This document shows, one piece after another, positions 1 to 7,703 of a DNA stretch of 41,770 bases (the stretch's first letter is position 1; every line of letters begins with the position of its first letter). Made by a program: the position numbers and the translations under genes. The notes under the pieces are model-generated. The model saw nothing but the letters and a program-made list of their open reading frames with translations. It was not told where the DNA came from and searched no databases. The DNA comes from Candidatus Aminicenantes bacterium (GTDB taxonomy: Bacteria; Acidobacteriota; Aminicenantia; Aminicenantales; Aminicenantaceae), in NCBI GenBank assembly GCA_050116035.1, contig JASFPJ010000002.1:1-41770 (forward strand), read 5' to 3'.

Positions 1-85
1 AAGAATAGATAGATTTATGACTCAATTTATGAGTCGCGAGATATAATCGCTGTTTAGGAGAAGCATCATTTAAAGTGGAGAAAAT

Positions 86-201
86 GTTATTGAGAGCGAA
101 GCATGGTCATTCCTTAACATGGAAAATCTTCTTACATAAGAGATTGCTTCACTCTATTCGCATCGTTTGCTGTGTCATTACTAGCGAAGAGTGACAATCT
201 C
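86..201. repeat. Family-1 intergenic repeat, degenerate composite copy (forward unit 86-113, inverted unit ~139-165, forward unit 174-201)
   Basis: Read directly: gttattgagagcgaagcatggtcattcc ... agattgcttcactctattcgc ... gtcattactagcgaagagtgacaatctc. Same unit/loop architecture (loop ggaaaatcttctt.cataagag) as 4842-4923 and 9928-10016. Confidence 0.6.
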
Positions 202-266
202 ATAAGAAAAAAGATTATCAATGAATATAGATAAAATAAATCGAACTCCTTCAAGAGGAGGCTATC

Positions 267-1937
267 ATGACTGATTCAAAAAAATATGAATACAAGGAAA
301 TACAGGCTCCCAGAGGCACGCGGCTCAACACAAAAGGATGGTCCCAGGAAGGGGCTCTCAGGATGATGATGAACAACCTTGATCCGGAGGTCGGAGAAAA
401 GCCAGAGGAATTGATTGTCTATGGAGGCACAGGAAAAGCGGCCCGGAACTGGGAATGCTTCTGGGCGATTGTCTCCAGCCTGAAAACGCTCGGGAATGAT
501 GAGACTTTAATCGTTCAGTCCGGAAAACCGGTCGCAGTGTTCAAAACCCACCCGGAGGCTCCTCGTGTTTTGATTGCCAATGCTCTGATTGTGCCGAAGT
601 GGGCCACTTGGGATGAATTCCGGCGGCTGGAAGCCAAAGGCCTGACCATGTACGGCCAGATGACGGCTGGCAGTTGGATCTATATCGGAACGCAGGGCAT
701 CCTCCAGGGAACGTATGAGACCTTGGCCTCTGTGGCCCGGACTCACTTTGAGGGAACGTTGAAAGGAAAATTAGTGTTGACCGCAGGGCTGGGCGGCATG
801 GGAGGTGCGCAGCCTCTGGCTGTGACCATGAATGAAGGAGTGGCAATAGTCATAGAGGTGGATAAAGATCGGATCCAGAGACGCCTGGATACACAATACG
901 TGGATACAATGGTGGAAGACCTGGATGAAGCATTGAAGCTGGCCGATGAGGCGAAAAATAAAGGTGGAGCACTCTCCATCGCCCTTCTCGGGAACGCAGC
1001 AGATATCCTCCCTGAATTTGTGAAACGCGAGATCATCCCCGATGTTCTGACAGACCAGACATCCGCACACGATGAGTTGAACGGGTACGTTCCTCATGGG
1101 ATTCCTTACGAGGAAGCCTTGATACTGCGGAAGGAAGATCCCGAAGATTATATGAAAAGAGCCTATCAGTCCATGGTTGTTCATGTGGAAGCCATGCTCG
1201 AGCTCCAGAAAAAAGGTGCAAAGACCTTTGATTATGGGAATAATATCCGGGGCCAGGCACAGAAGGCCGGATCAGAAGATGCTTTTGATATCCCTGGATT
1301 CGTTCCCGAGTATATCCGTCCCCTTTTCTGCACGGGTAAAGGCCCATTCCGCTGGGCGGCTCTTTCGGGAAAACCTGAAGATATTTATGCGACTGATGAG
1401 GCTGTGCTCAAAGAATTCCCGGAAGATAAACCTCTCGAGAGATGGATACGGAAGGCTCAAAAACAGGTCAAATTTCAAGGCTTGCCCTCCAGGATCTGTT
1501 GGCTCGGCTACGGAGAAAGGGAACGGTTCGGTGCGTTAATCAACCACCTTGTGAAGAAAGGCGAGATTTCGGCACCAATAGTCATCGGCAGGGATCATCT
1601 GGATACAGGATCTGTGGCCTCGCCGAACAGGGAGACCGAAGGAATGAAGGATGGCTCGGATGCGATCGCGGATTGGCCGATCCTGAACGCGCTTCTCAAC
1701 GCGATAAGCGGCGCGTCATGGGTTTCGGTCCATCATGGAGGGGGAGTGGGCATTGGTCTGGCCATTCATGCTGGAATGGTCATCGTGGCTGATGGTCAGG
1801 ATTCTACAGAGAAGCGGCTGCGCAGAGTCCTGACAGTTGACCCGGGCCTGGGAGTGGCCCGGCATGCGGATGCTGGGTATGAGGAGGCCATTCAGTACGC
1901 CAAGAAAAAGGAGATTAAAATACCTCTATTGAAGTGA
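267..1937 (+). CDS. hutU: Urocanate hydratase (urocanase)
   Basis: 556-aa ORF with SD GAGGAGG 5 nt upstream of the ATG. Family-typical length and motifs: [12 protein letters not shown] (NAD site), [30 protein letters not shown]. Long uninterrupted ORF; only short shadow ORFs on the opposite strand. Confidence 0.95.
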   Translation: MTDSKKYEYKEIQAPRGTRLNTKGWSQEGALRMMMNNLDPEVGEKPEELIVYGGTGKAARNWECFWAIVSSLKTLGNDETLIVQSGKPVAVFKTHPEAPRVLIANALIVPKWATWDEFRRLEAKGLTMYGQMTAGSWIYIGTQGILQGTYETLASVARTHFEGTLKGKLVLTAGLGGMGGAQPLAVTMNEGVAIVIEVDKDRIQRRLDTQYVDTMVEDLDEALKLADEAKNKGGALSIALLGNAADILPEFVKREIIPDVLTDQTSAHDELNGYVPHGIPYEEALILRKEDPEDYMKRAYQSMVVHVEAMLELQKKGAKTFDYGNNIRGQAQKAGSEDAFDIPGFVPEYIRPLFCTGKGPFRWAALSGKPEDIYATDEAVLKEFPEDKPLERWIRKAQKQVKFQGLPSRICWLGYGERERFGALINHLVKKGEISAPIVIGRDHLDTGSVASPNRETEGMKDGSDAIADWPILNALLNAISGASWVSVHHGGGVGIGLAIHAGMVIVADGQDSTEKRLRRVLTVDPGLGVARHADAGYEEAIQYAKKKEIKIPLLK

Positions 1938-2006
1938 GAGTTCCCTTTTAATGAGTTGCATTATTCTCCCTTATTTTTATAGATTAATATACGAAGGAGT
2001 GATGCC

Positions 2007-2648
2007 ATGTTTAGAAAATGCGCGCTTGTTTTAACGATTCTTCTGTTTATCGGCTGCAGCCGGACCATGCTTGTGTCCGTGCCCCCGGCAGTGGATTTAG
2101 AACCATACGGAAACATTGGATTGATCTCTTTTTCAACCGAAAATGCCAAGGGCCATCTGGATGAAATGGCCACGCAGCGTTTTCTTCAGGCCATTACACA
2201 GTTTCAAAGAGGAGCCCAGCTTATTGAGCTAGGCCCTCTTGATGAAGTCTTGAGTCGGGTCAACAAGCCAACTATCGATCAGGAGGCCGTGAAAGCGATC
2301 GGGAAACAGTTCAACGTGAAGGGAGTTTTTGTCGGAAAAATCAGCATCTCTGACGTCAAGCCGCAAGTCAGCATCAGTGCTTTGATAAAAAGCATGGGAG
2401 TCCGAGCGAGCTTCACGATTTCCATGACATCCCGGCTTTACTCAACCTCTACAGGTGCGACATCCTGGACAGATTCTGTGCGCTGGAAAGACTCTTTGGC
2501 GAATCTGAGCTTGAGTGAAGGCGGAATTCCTTCCTTCAACGTGAGGGATCAGGATGAAGCATATGCCACTCTTATTGAGAACATGATTTATGAGCTAACC
2601 AGAGATTTTCGTCCCACCCAAAGGCGTGTCAAAAGGCCTAAATATTAG
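2007..2648 (+). CDS. Lipoprotein of unknown function
   Basis: 213-aa ORF with SD AAGGAG 7 nt upstream. N-terminal signal peptide with lipobox LLFIGC|S. No catalytic motif recognised. Confidence 0.7.
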   Translation: MFRKCALVLTILLFIGCSRTMLVSVPPAVDLEPYGNIGLISFSTENAKGHLDEMATQRFLQAITQFQRGAQLIELGPLDEVLSRVNKPTIDQEAVKAIGKQFNVKGVFVGKISISDVKPQVSISALIKSMGVRASFTISMTSRLYSTSTGATSWTDSVRWKDSLANLSLSEGGIPSFNVRDQDEAYATLIENMIYELTRDFRPTQRRVKRPKY

Positions 2649-2665
2649 AAAAAATTAAAAAAGCG

Positions 2666-2689
2666 AAAAAAGGGGATAGGCCCCTTTTT
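2666..2689 (+). terminator. Hairpin AAAAAGGGG-ATAGG-CCCCTTTTT, putative (bidirectional) intrinsic terminator after the lipoprotein gene
   Basis: A-run, GGGG stem, 5-nt loop, CCCC, then T-run, 18 nt after the stop codon at 2648. The stem is short (4 GC pairs plus A:T extension). Confidence 0.5.
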
Positions 2690-2699
2690 ATGAAGAAGA

Positions 2700-2747
2700 G
2701 GGACAGTCCCTATCTTTCTTAACAAAAGGACTGAAAGGGACAGTCCC
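2700..2747. repeat. Two copies of the palindrome GGGACAGTCCC (2700-2710 and 2737-2747)
   Basis: Read directly in the convergent intergenic region. The core is related to the family-2 palindrome (GGGGAC.GTCCCC) seen at 25546-25568 and 36765-36896. Confidence 0.6.
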
Positions 2748-2749
2748 TG

Positions 2750-2772
2750 AAAAAGGGGCCTGTCCCCTTTTT
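2750..2772 (-). terminator. Hairpin AAAAAGGGG-CCTGT-CCCCTTTTT, putative intrinsic terminator of the minus-strand LuxR-family gene
   Basis: Same architecture as 2666-2689. On the minus strand the hairpin directly follows the stop codon (2772-2774) and ends in a T-run. Confidence 0.5.
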
Positions 2773-3740
2773 TATTTGATTTTGTAGGTTTGGATCAGGT
2801 TGATCAGTTGGACACGATTTTTGACATCGGTTTTTTGATAGATCCGGTAGACGTGATCTTTCACGGTTTGGAGTGAAATAAACAGAGCGTCGCTTATTTC
2901 TTTGTTCGTTTTCCCCTCGCACAACTGCCGGATGACCTCCTCTTCACGCCTGGATATTTTAAATTCCTCCAAGAATTGATTCCAGGTCAATGTGTCGGTC
3001 TCCTGGGGGAGAGGCGCGATGAAGTGTTTTTTCAGATAAGCTCTCCAGTAGAGGAGGGGAGGGATATTTCCTGATAGAAACACGAGTAGATGGGTGGCGG
3101 CCAGGGTGTGGCTTCGATGGGCGAAAAAATAAAGGATAATTCCTGTGCAGAAAACGATCAGGTTCAGTGAAGCGAATACCCGGACAGCTTTTCGTTTATT
3201 TTCATTCTTGATCTTAGTTGCATGGATAAACAGTTGTGACAGGGCCGTGATGAGGACCAGCACTTCCAGGATGACATAAAAGTATGAAATGGCGTATGAA
3301 AGGGTAGCGTACGGTTTATCTCCATAATCAGAAAGATTAAACAAGATGATGACACTCCCATATCCAAGGAAAATAAAGATTAAGGCAAAGAAATAGCTTC
3401 TGGTAAATGTCTGAGACAATTTCTTCTCAGTGAGTTCTTTGCAGAGCCTGATGAACATATACCAGGCAAGGATCAGAAACGGGATTCCGAGAATAGCAAA
3501 AAAATGCCCGATTGTTTCAATTATCTGGAAGGCAGACACCTGTTGCTGCAGTATTCTTTTGGCGATGAGCTGGCCCAGGATTCCGTATATGCCGAAAACA
3601 TTGATAAATATTTGAAAGTACAGGTAACTGGAAAGATAGTTCAATCTGTATTTTTTCTGCAGCTTATAAGTGATCAGGATGGCGTATAAACCTGCGCCTA
3701 TGGAGAGAGGAATGAATGTGAAGAAAAGAATATCATTCAT
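2772..3740 (-). CDS. Membrane-embedded LuxR-family one-component regulator (about 7 predicted TM helices + C-terminal LuxR/FixJ-type HTH)
   Basis: 322-aa ORF. The N-terminal ~235 aa contain about seven hydrophobic segments. The C-terminus, EEEVIRQLCEGKTNKEISDALFISLQTVKDHVYRIYQKTDVKNRVQLINL, is a classic LuxR-type HTH. No receiver or autoinducer domain. Confidence 0.85.
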   Translation of the reverse strand: MNDILFFTFIPLSIGAGLYAILITYKLQKKYRLNYLSSYLYFQIFINVFGIYGILGQLIAKRILQQQVSAFQIIETIGHFFAILGIPFLILAWYMFIRLCKELTEKKLSQTFTRSYFFALIFIFLGYGSVIILFNLSDYGDKPYATLSYAISYFYVILEVLVLITALSQLFIHATKIKNENKRKAVRVFASLNLIVFCTGIILYFFAHRSHTLAATHLLVFLSGNIPPLLYWRAYLKKHFIAPLPQETDTLTWNQFLEEFKISRREEEVIRQLCEGKTNKEISDALFISLQTVKDHVYRIYQKTDVKNRVQLINLIQTYKIK

Positions 3741-3768
3741 GACTGACGCTCAACCATTCATTTTATTT

Positions 3769-3798
3769 AAAAATATACACTTTATATAAAAATATACA
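3769..3798. promoter_or_regulatory. Direct repeat AAAAATATACA x2 (3769-3779, 3788-3798; 19-nt register) upstream of the LuxR-family gene
   Basis: Exact 11-nt direct repeat read in the sequence, 29-58 nt upstream of the minus-strand start codon (3740). Function not established. Confidence 0.3.
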
Positions 3799-3840
3799 AT
3801 AAAAGTGATTTTTTCAAAAAATAAATCACCTTCCTGAGTA

Positions 3841-3923
3841 TCCTTGATTATTCATATTATATGCTGACACCTTTTATTGAGATTGATAATCATAAGTCGG
3901 CATATTTTATGAATAATTCAGGA
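3841..3923 (+). repeat. Family-3 inverted-repeat / hairpin element (arms 3841-3856 and 3908-3923), long version
   Basis: TCCTTGATTATTCATA ... GCTGACAC ... GTCGGC ... TATGAATAATTCAGGA. The arms are complementary (14/16). The right arm plus the TTCATA..GCTGACAC block recurs at 19331-19379, including a 17-nt exact match, ttatgaataattcagga. Confidence 0.65.
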
Positions 3924-4065
3924 TATTTGAATCCGACTAAAGTCGTGTTTTTCGCTTATCCTACTTTCGTTGGATGAAATCCTTCCAATATTATCTTATT
4001 TTAGCCATGTGAATGAATGAAACTTGAAAAAATCAAATGATTCGATGATGAAAAAGGAGGACGAC

Positions 4066-4758
4066 ATGAATAACAAGAAAGAAGAGGCCGCTCCCGTAAT
4101 CCTGGTTCCAGAGCCTTATGCGGGTTTAGCGTACAGCTTTGGCTGGGACAGGATGAAAAAATTCTTCCTGGATCTGTTTCTCATCACCTTGATTGTTGGG
4201 GTTGTGTGGATTCCATACAGCATCATGCTGTCTCTGGATGGAAGGCATACTCCAGGCGGAGGGATTCTGCAAATATTTGGACTCGCTTATCTGCTTCTTC
4301 TTATGGCCCCTATCGATTATGGATCAGCCTTTGTCTTTCTCAAGGCTGTGAGAAGCGAACCGTTTGAAGTCAAAGACATGTTTTTAGTTTTTGAAAAGAA
4401 TTATATAAATGTCGTATTGGCCAACCTGCTTCATTGGGGAATTGTCAGTCTCGGAATATTTTTGTTCATCATCCCCGGCATCATATTTGCCTGTAAACTG
4501 GCCTTTGTCAAATACCTCGTTCTCGACCGGAAAATGGACCCGGTGGAGGCAGTGAAAGAAAGCTGGAGGATGACAAAGGGGCATGCAGGAAAAATTTTCT
4601 TGATGGGATTATTGGCCATACCCATAGTGATTGCTGGCTTGATCTGCTTGGGAGTGGGTGTTATTCCGGCTGTGATGTGGATTCGCTGTGCGTTTGCCTC
4701 GATGTACTATGCTGTGAGCGAATCTGAGGAAGATAAAGCTGAAAATGAACAGGAATAA
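4066..4758 (+). CDS. Polytopic membrane protein, DUF975-like (family assignment tentative)
   Basis: ORF track gives 4024..4758 (TTG). The in-frame ATG at 4066 has a strong SD AAGGAGG 5 nt upstream, so I prefer it. About five hydrophobic helices; the C-terminal pattern KESWRMTKGHAGKIF...GVGVIP...ASMYYAV resembles the DUF975 family from memory. Confidence 0.75.
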   Translation: MNNKKEEAAPVILVPEPYAGLAYSFGWDRMKKFFLDLFLITLIVGVVWIPYSIMLSLDGRHTPGGGILQIFGLAYLLLLMAPIDYGSAFVFLKAVRSEPFEVKDMFLVFEKNYINVVLANLLHWGIVSLGIFLFIIPGIIFACKLAFVKYLVLDRKMDPVEAVKESWRMTKGHAGKIFLMGLLAIPIVIAGLICLGVGVIPAVMWIRCAFASMYYAVSESEEDKAENEQE

Positions 4759-4841
4759 ATATCTGGAGACACCGAGGTTAAACAGGTATTTATGCTCAGT
4801 AATTAGGTATAACTTTTATTAATGATACTGAAGATAAATGT

Positions 4842-5008
4842 GTCATTGCGAGCGAAGCGTGGCAATCCCTTTAGATGGAAAATCTTCTTTCATAAGAGAT
4901 TGCTTCCTTCCGTTCGCAATGACAATTGCATCTTATGAGATGGCCACGCTTCGCTCGCAATGACAAAAGTCTAAGATTGCTGCGTTTACTTCGGTTGCCC
5001 ACAATGAC
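4842..5008. repeat. Family-1 repeat cluster: forward unit 4842-4869, inverted units 4896-4923, 4937-4964, 4974-5008
   Basis: gtcattgcgagcgaagcgtggcaatccc, loop, gagattgcttccttccgttcgcaatgac, gagatggccacgcttcgctcgcaatgac, aagattgctgcgtttacttcggttgcccacaatgac. Lies between convergent genes. Confidence 0.85.
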
Positions 5009-5103
5009 ATCCAAAATGTGTTACAGACATTAATGAGTGCGTATTGCGGGAGGGTTTCCGGCTAAAAGAAAGCCAATTATGAAAAGCGAATGGCGTTTGA
5101 TGC

Positions 5104-5718
5104 CTATTCTTTAGAGATAATTTTTTTCTCTTCTAAATACTGAATGACCATATCTTTGCTTTTGGCCAGGTCAAGCTTATCTGTATCCACAGCCAGTTCA
5201 GGATTGAGCGGTTCTTCGTATGGAGCGGAAATCCCCGTGAATTCTTTGATTTCTCCCGCACGGGCTTTCTTGTACAGACCTTTCGGGTCCCTCTGTTCAG
5301 CCTCTTCCAGGGAGACTTTAACGAACACTTCAATAAATTCCTCTCTTGCGAGCAATTGTCGTGCCTTCTCCCGGTCTCTCCGGTAGGGCGAGATGAAGGC
5401 GGTCATTGTGATGACTCCGGCCTGCGCAAAAAGATTGGCCACTTCCCCTATCCGGCGGATATTCTCCTCCCGGTCTTCAGGCGAAAAACCGAGATTTTTA
5501 TTCAGGCCATGGCGGACATTGTCGCCATCCAGCACATAGCTTAAATGACCACGTGTATGCAATTCTTCTTCCACTGCGTGAGCAAGGGTTGATTTTCCAG
5601 AGCTCGGGAGTCCGGTAAACCAGATGACCACACCTTTTTGGTTGAGAAGCTTTTCTCTGTCCAGTTTACTGAGAGCGCTCTGGTGCCAGGTTATGTTTGT
5701 GGCTTTTTGTTCAGTCAT
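5104..5718 (-). CDS. cysC: Adenylyl-sulfate (APS) kinase
   Basis: 204-aa ORF with SD GGAGAA upstream. P-loop [11 protein letters not shown]; [27 protein letters not shown] and ISPY motifs typical of APS kinase. Confidence 0.95.
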   Translation of the reverse strand: MTEQKATNITWHQSALSKLDREKLLNQKGVVIWFTGLPSSGKSTLAHAVEEELHTRGHLSYVLDGDNVRHGLNKNLGFSPEDREENIRRIGEVANLFAQAGVITMTAFISPYRRDREKARQLLAREEFIEVFVKVSLEEAEQRDPKGLYKKARAGEIKEFTGISAPYEEPLNPELAVDTDKLDLAKSKDMVIQYLEEKKIISKE

Positions 5719-5772
5719 GACTGTTTCTCCATAATCAGATGATGATGTTTTTCAGATGATATTCAAACATGT

Positions 5773-6954
5773 TTATCCGCTTTTGTTTAAATTCTTGTAA
5801 TAGTCGATTAATATTTTAATGACCTCTGGCCGGCTGAATTCTTTGGGAGGCATCTGGCCGGCAGCCATCATTTTCCGAAGGTCGGTACCGCTGATAAGGA
5901 CGCGGTCCTGTTTATCATGCGGGCACGTTTTCATGGATGCCATCCCATCGCATTTGGAGCACCAAAAGGTCCAGTCGATTTTCAATGGTTTGAGGTGCAG
6001 TTCATCCTCATCGATTTCATCGAATATCTTTTGTGCATCGAAAGGTCCGTAGTAGTCTCCGACCCCAGCATGATCACGGCCCACGATCAAATGGCTGCAT
6101 CCGTAGTTCTGCCTGAATATGGCGTGGAGGATGGCTTCTCTGGGACCCGCATACCGCATCTCCATCGGATAAACTTTGAGGACCACTCCGTCTTGAGGAT
6201 AGTAGTTTTTCATCAAGACCTCATAGCATTTCATCCGGATTTCTGCAGGAATATCGTCCGTTTTGAGCTTGCCCACCAGAGGATGAATCAGTATGCCATC
6301 GCATACTTCCAAGGCGATTTTTGTGCAGTATTCGTGGCTCCGGTGGATCGGATTTCGTGTCTGGAAGGCAGCCACTGTGCTCCAGCCGCGTTCTTCAAAG
6401 ATCTTTCGTGTCTCTGCGGGACGTCCAAAGTGTTTTCCATAGAGTCGAGGATAAGGTCCTTCACTGAATGCTTTGACTGGTCCTGCGAGCAAAAACTCTT
6501 TTTGAGCCTGGAGCTTGGCCACTCCTGGATGGGCTTCATCCTCTGTGCGGAACACACGTTTGGCCTCGAGGTTTTTGTCATACGTGAATTTTTCCGTCAC
6601 TTTCATGCTTCCCATGAGCTCATCGCTTTCCTCATCCACAAGTGCGATTTCTGAGTCGATCGGAAGACTTCCCGCCTGTTCTTTAGAGACAGAAAGCGTA
6701 ATCGGAACAGGCCAGAGAGTGCCGTCTGCCATATGCCTCTTTTCGACAACACGTGTGTAATCATCCTTTCCCATGAAACCCTCAAGCGGGCTGAACGCGC
6801 CCATAGCCATCATAATCAAGTCTGAGGTCTCACGAGAAGTGAGTCGGATTGAGGGGAATCGTTTGGCTTTTTCTCGCTCCTCCTTGAGTTCTTCCCCCTC
6901 TATGAGTAAAGGATTGAGTTGGCCCCCATGCGGTGGGACAAGTTTCAGCGACAT
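5773..6954 (-). CDS. sat: Sulfate adenylyltransferase (ATP sulfurylase, homo-oligomeric Sat type)
   Basis: 393-aa ORF with SD GGAGGA upstream. Contains [11 protein letters not shown] and GRDHAGVG signature motifs. The 245-aa ORF on the opposite strand is a shadow. Confidence 0.95.
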   Translation of the reverse strand: MSLKLVPPHGGQLNPLLIEGEELKEEREKAKRFPSIRLTSRETSDLIMMAMGAFSPLEGFMGKDDYTRVVEKRHMADGTLWPVPITLSVSKEQAGSLPIDSEIALVDEESDELMGSMKVTEKFTYDKNLEAKRVFRTEDEAHPGVAKLQAQKEFLLAGPVKAFSEGPYPRLYGKHFGRPAETRKIFEERGWSTVAAFQTRNPIHRSHEYCTKIALEVCDGILIHPLVGKLKTDDIPAEIRMKCYEVLMKNYYPQDGVVLKVYPMEMRYAGPREAILHAIFRQNYGCSHLIVGRDHAGVGDYYGPFDAQKIFDEIDEDELHLKPLKIDWTFWCSKCDGMASMKTCPHDKQDRVLISGTDLRKMMAAGQMPPKEFSRPEVIKILIDYYKNLNKSG

Positions 6955-7009
6955 GTTTTTCCTCCGGTCAGTGAAGTTTAAAACTCATGAATATCTGTTG
7001 AATAAACGA

Positions 7010-7264
7010 TTAGAGGTATCCGAGCGACTTCAGGCGTTTTCTGATCGCTTCAATTTCTTCCTTGCTCAAGCTTGTGTCTCCGATCTTTTCAGTCTCAGAA
7101 GTTTCTTCTCTGGTGGACACCAGGTCTCGCAGCACATAGACAATGAAGTCAGTGACTGAATTGAATCCGCTTCCAGCGACAATTTTTGATATCCGGTTAT
7201 ACAGTGGCCCTGGGATCTTGATTGTGACTTTACTGTCTTTGGATTTCTCCTGGTCGACACTCAT
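7010..7264 (-). CDS. Ribbon-helix-helix (CopG/MetJ-like) DNA-binding protein
   Basis: 84-aa ORF with SD AGGAG 6 nt upstream. N-terminal VTIKIPGPLYNRISKIVAGSGFNSVTDFIVYVLRDLV fits the beta-strand/helix/helix RHH pattern. Acidic linker and C-terminal helix EEIEAIRKRLKSLGYL. Sits 55 nt upstream of sat on the same strand. Confidence 0.75.
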   Translation of the reverse strand: MSVDQEKSKDSKVTIKIPGPLYNRISKIVAGSGFNSVTDFIVYVLRDLVSTREETSETEKIGDTSLSKEEIEAIRKRLKSLGYL

Positions 7265-7267
7265 ATG

Positions 7268-7285
7268 ACACTCCTATAGGAGTGT
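7268..7285. promoter_or_regulatory. Perfect 18-nt palindrome ACACTCCTATAGGAGTGT overlapping the SD of the RHH gene (candidate operator)
   Basis: Read directly. The reverse complement is identical. It contains the AGGAG SD of the minus-strand RHH gene and lies between the predicted -10 box and the start codon. Confidence 0.5.
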
Positions 7286-7288
7286 TAC

Positions 7289-7318
7289 ACTATAATAGAT
7301 TTAACTATGCAATGTCAA
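7289..7318 (-). promoter_or_regulatory. Sigma-70-like promoter TTGACA-N18-TATAGT for the RHH-sat-cysC unit
   Basis: Minus-strand reading: TTGACA (7318-7313), 18-nt spacer, TATAGT (7294-7289). Consensus matching by eye only. Confidence 0.45.
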
Positions 7319-7703
7319 GGTGTAAATTTTATTGAAGGCAAGGATACGCTGGTTTTTAATATTCGATTCAATCCTGCACCCCCTGAAAAGGTGTTTTATA
7401 ACTTTGAGTCAGAAAAATGGCGCAAAAACAGGAAATATATAACTATCAGTTATAGCGACTGCGTTTTCAATGAATGTATTAAAAAAATCACATTCGGTTC
7501 TTGTGTGAAGAGAGAACTAAAAAGCGTTCAGGACTAGCCATGGGCGAAGCTAACCTCTGGAGATGAAATAGAACTGCTCTAGATGAGGTGCTTCCGAGAG
7601 AAAAAATCATCTTCGATTTCCTCCTAAAAGGGCATTGTAAAGACGATGAGGAAAATATATTTTTTGGGCAAAGCAACTCAAATTTCCAGATAGGTGGTGT
7701 CGA

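Noticed and set aside
267-1937. Calling a complete histidine-utilisation (hut) operon
   Set aside because: Only hutU is present. The next gene is an unrelated lipoprotein, and the upstream sequence is repeat-filled non-coding DNA up to the window edge. hutH/hutI/hutG cannot be assessed from this window.
4024-4065. N-terminal extensions proposed by the ORF track (4024, 13253, 19522, 20351, 25616, 29931, 36999, 8939)
   Set aside because: In each case an in-frame internal start has a proper AGGAGG-like SD at 5-9 nt and/or gives the family-typical N-terminus or signal peptide. The upstream extension overlaps the preceding gene or has no SD. The 25616/25631 and 29931/29946 choices remain uncertain.
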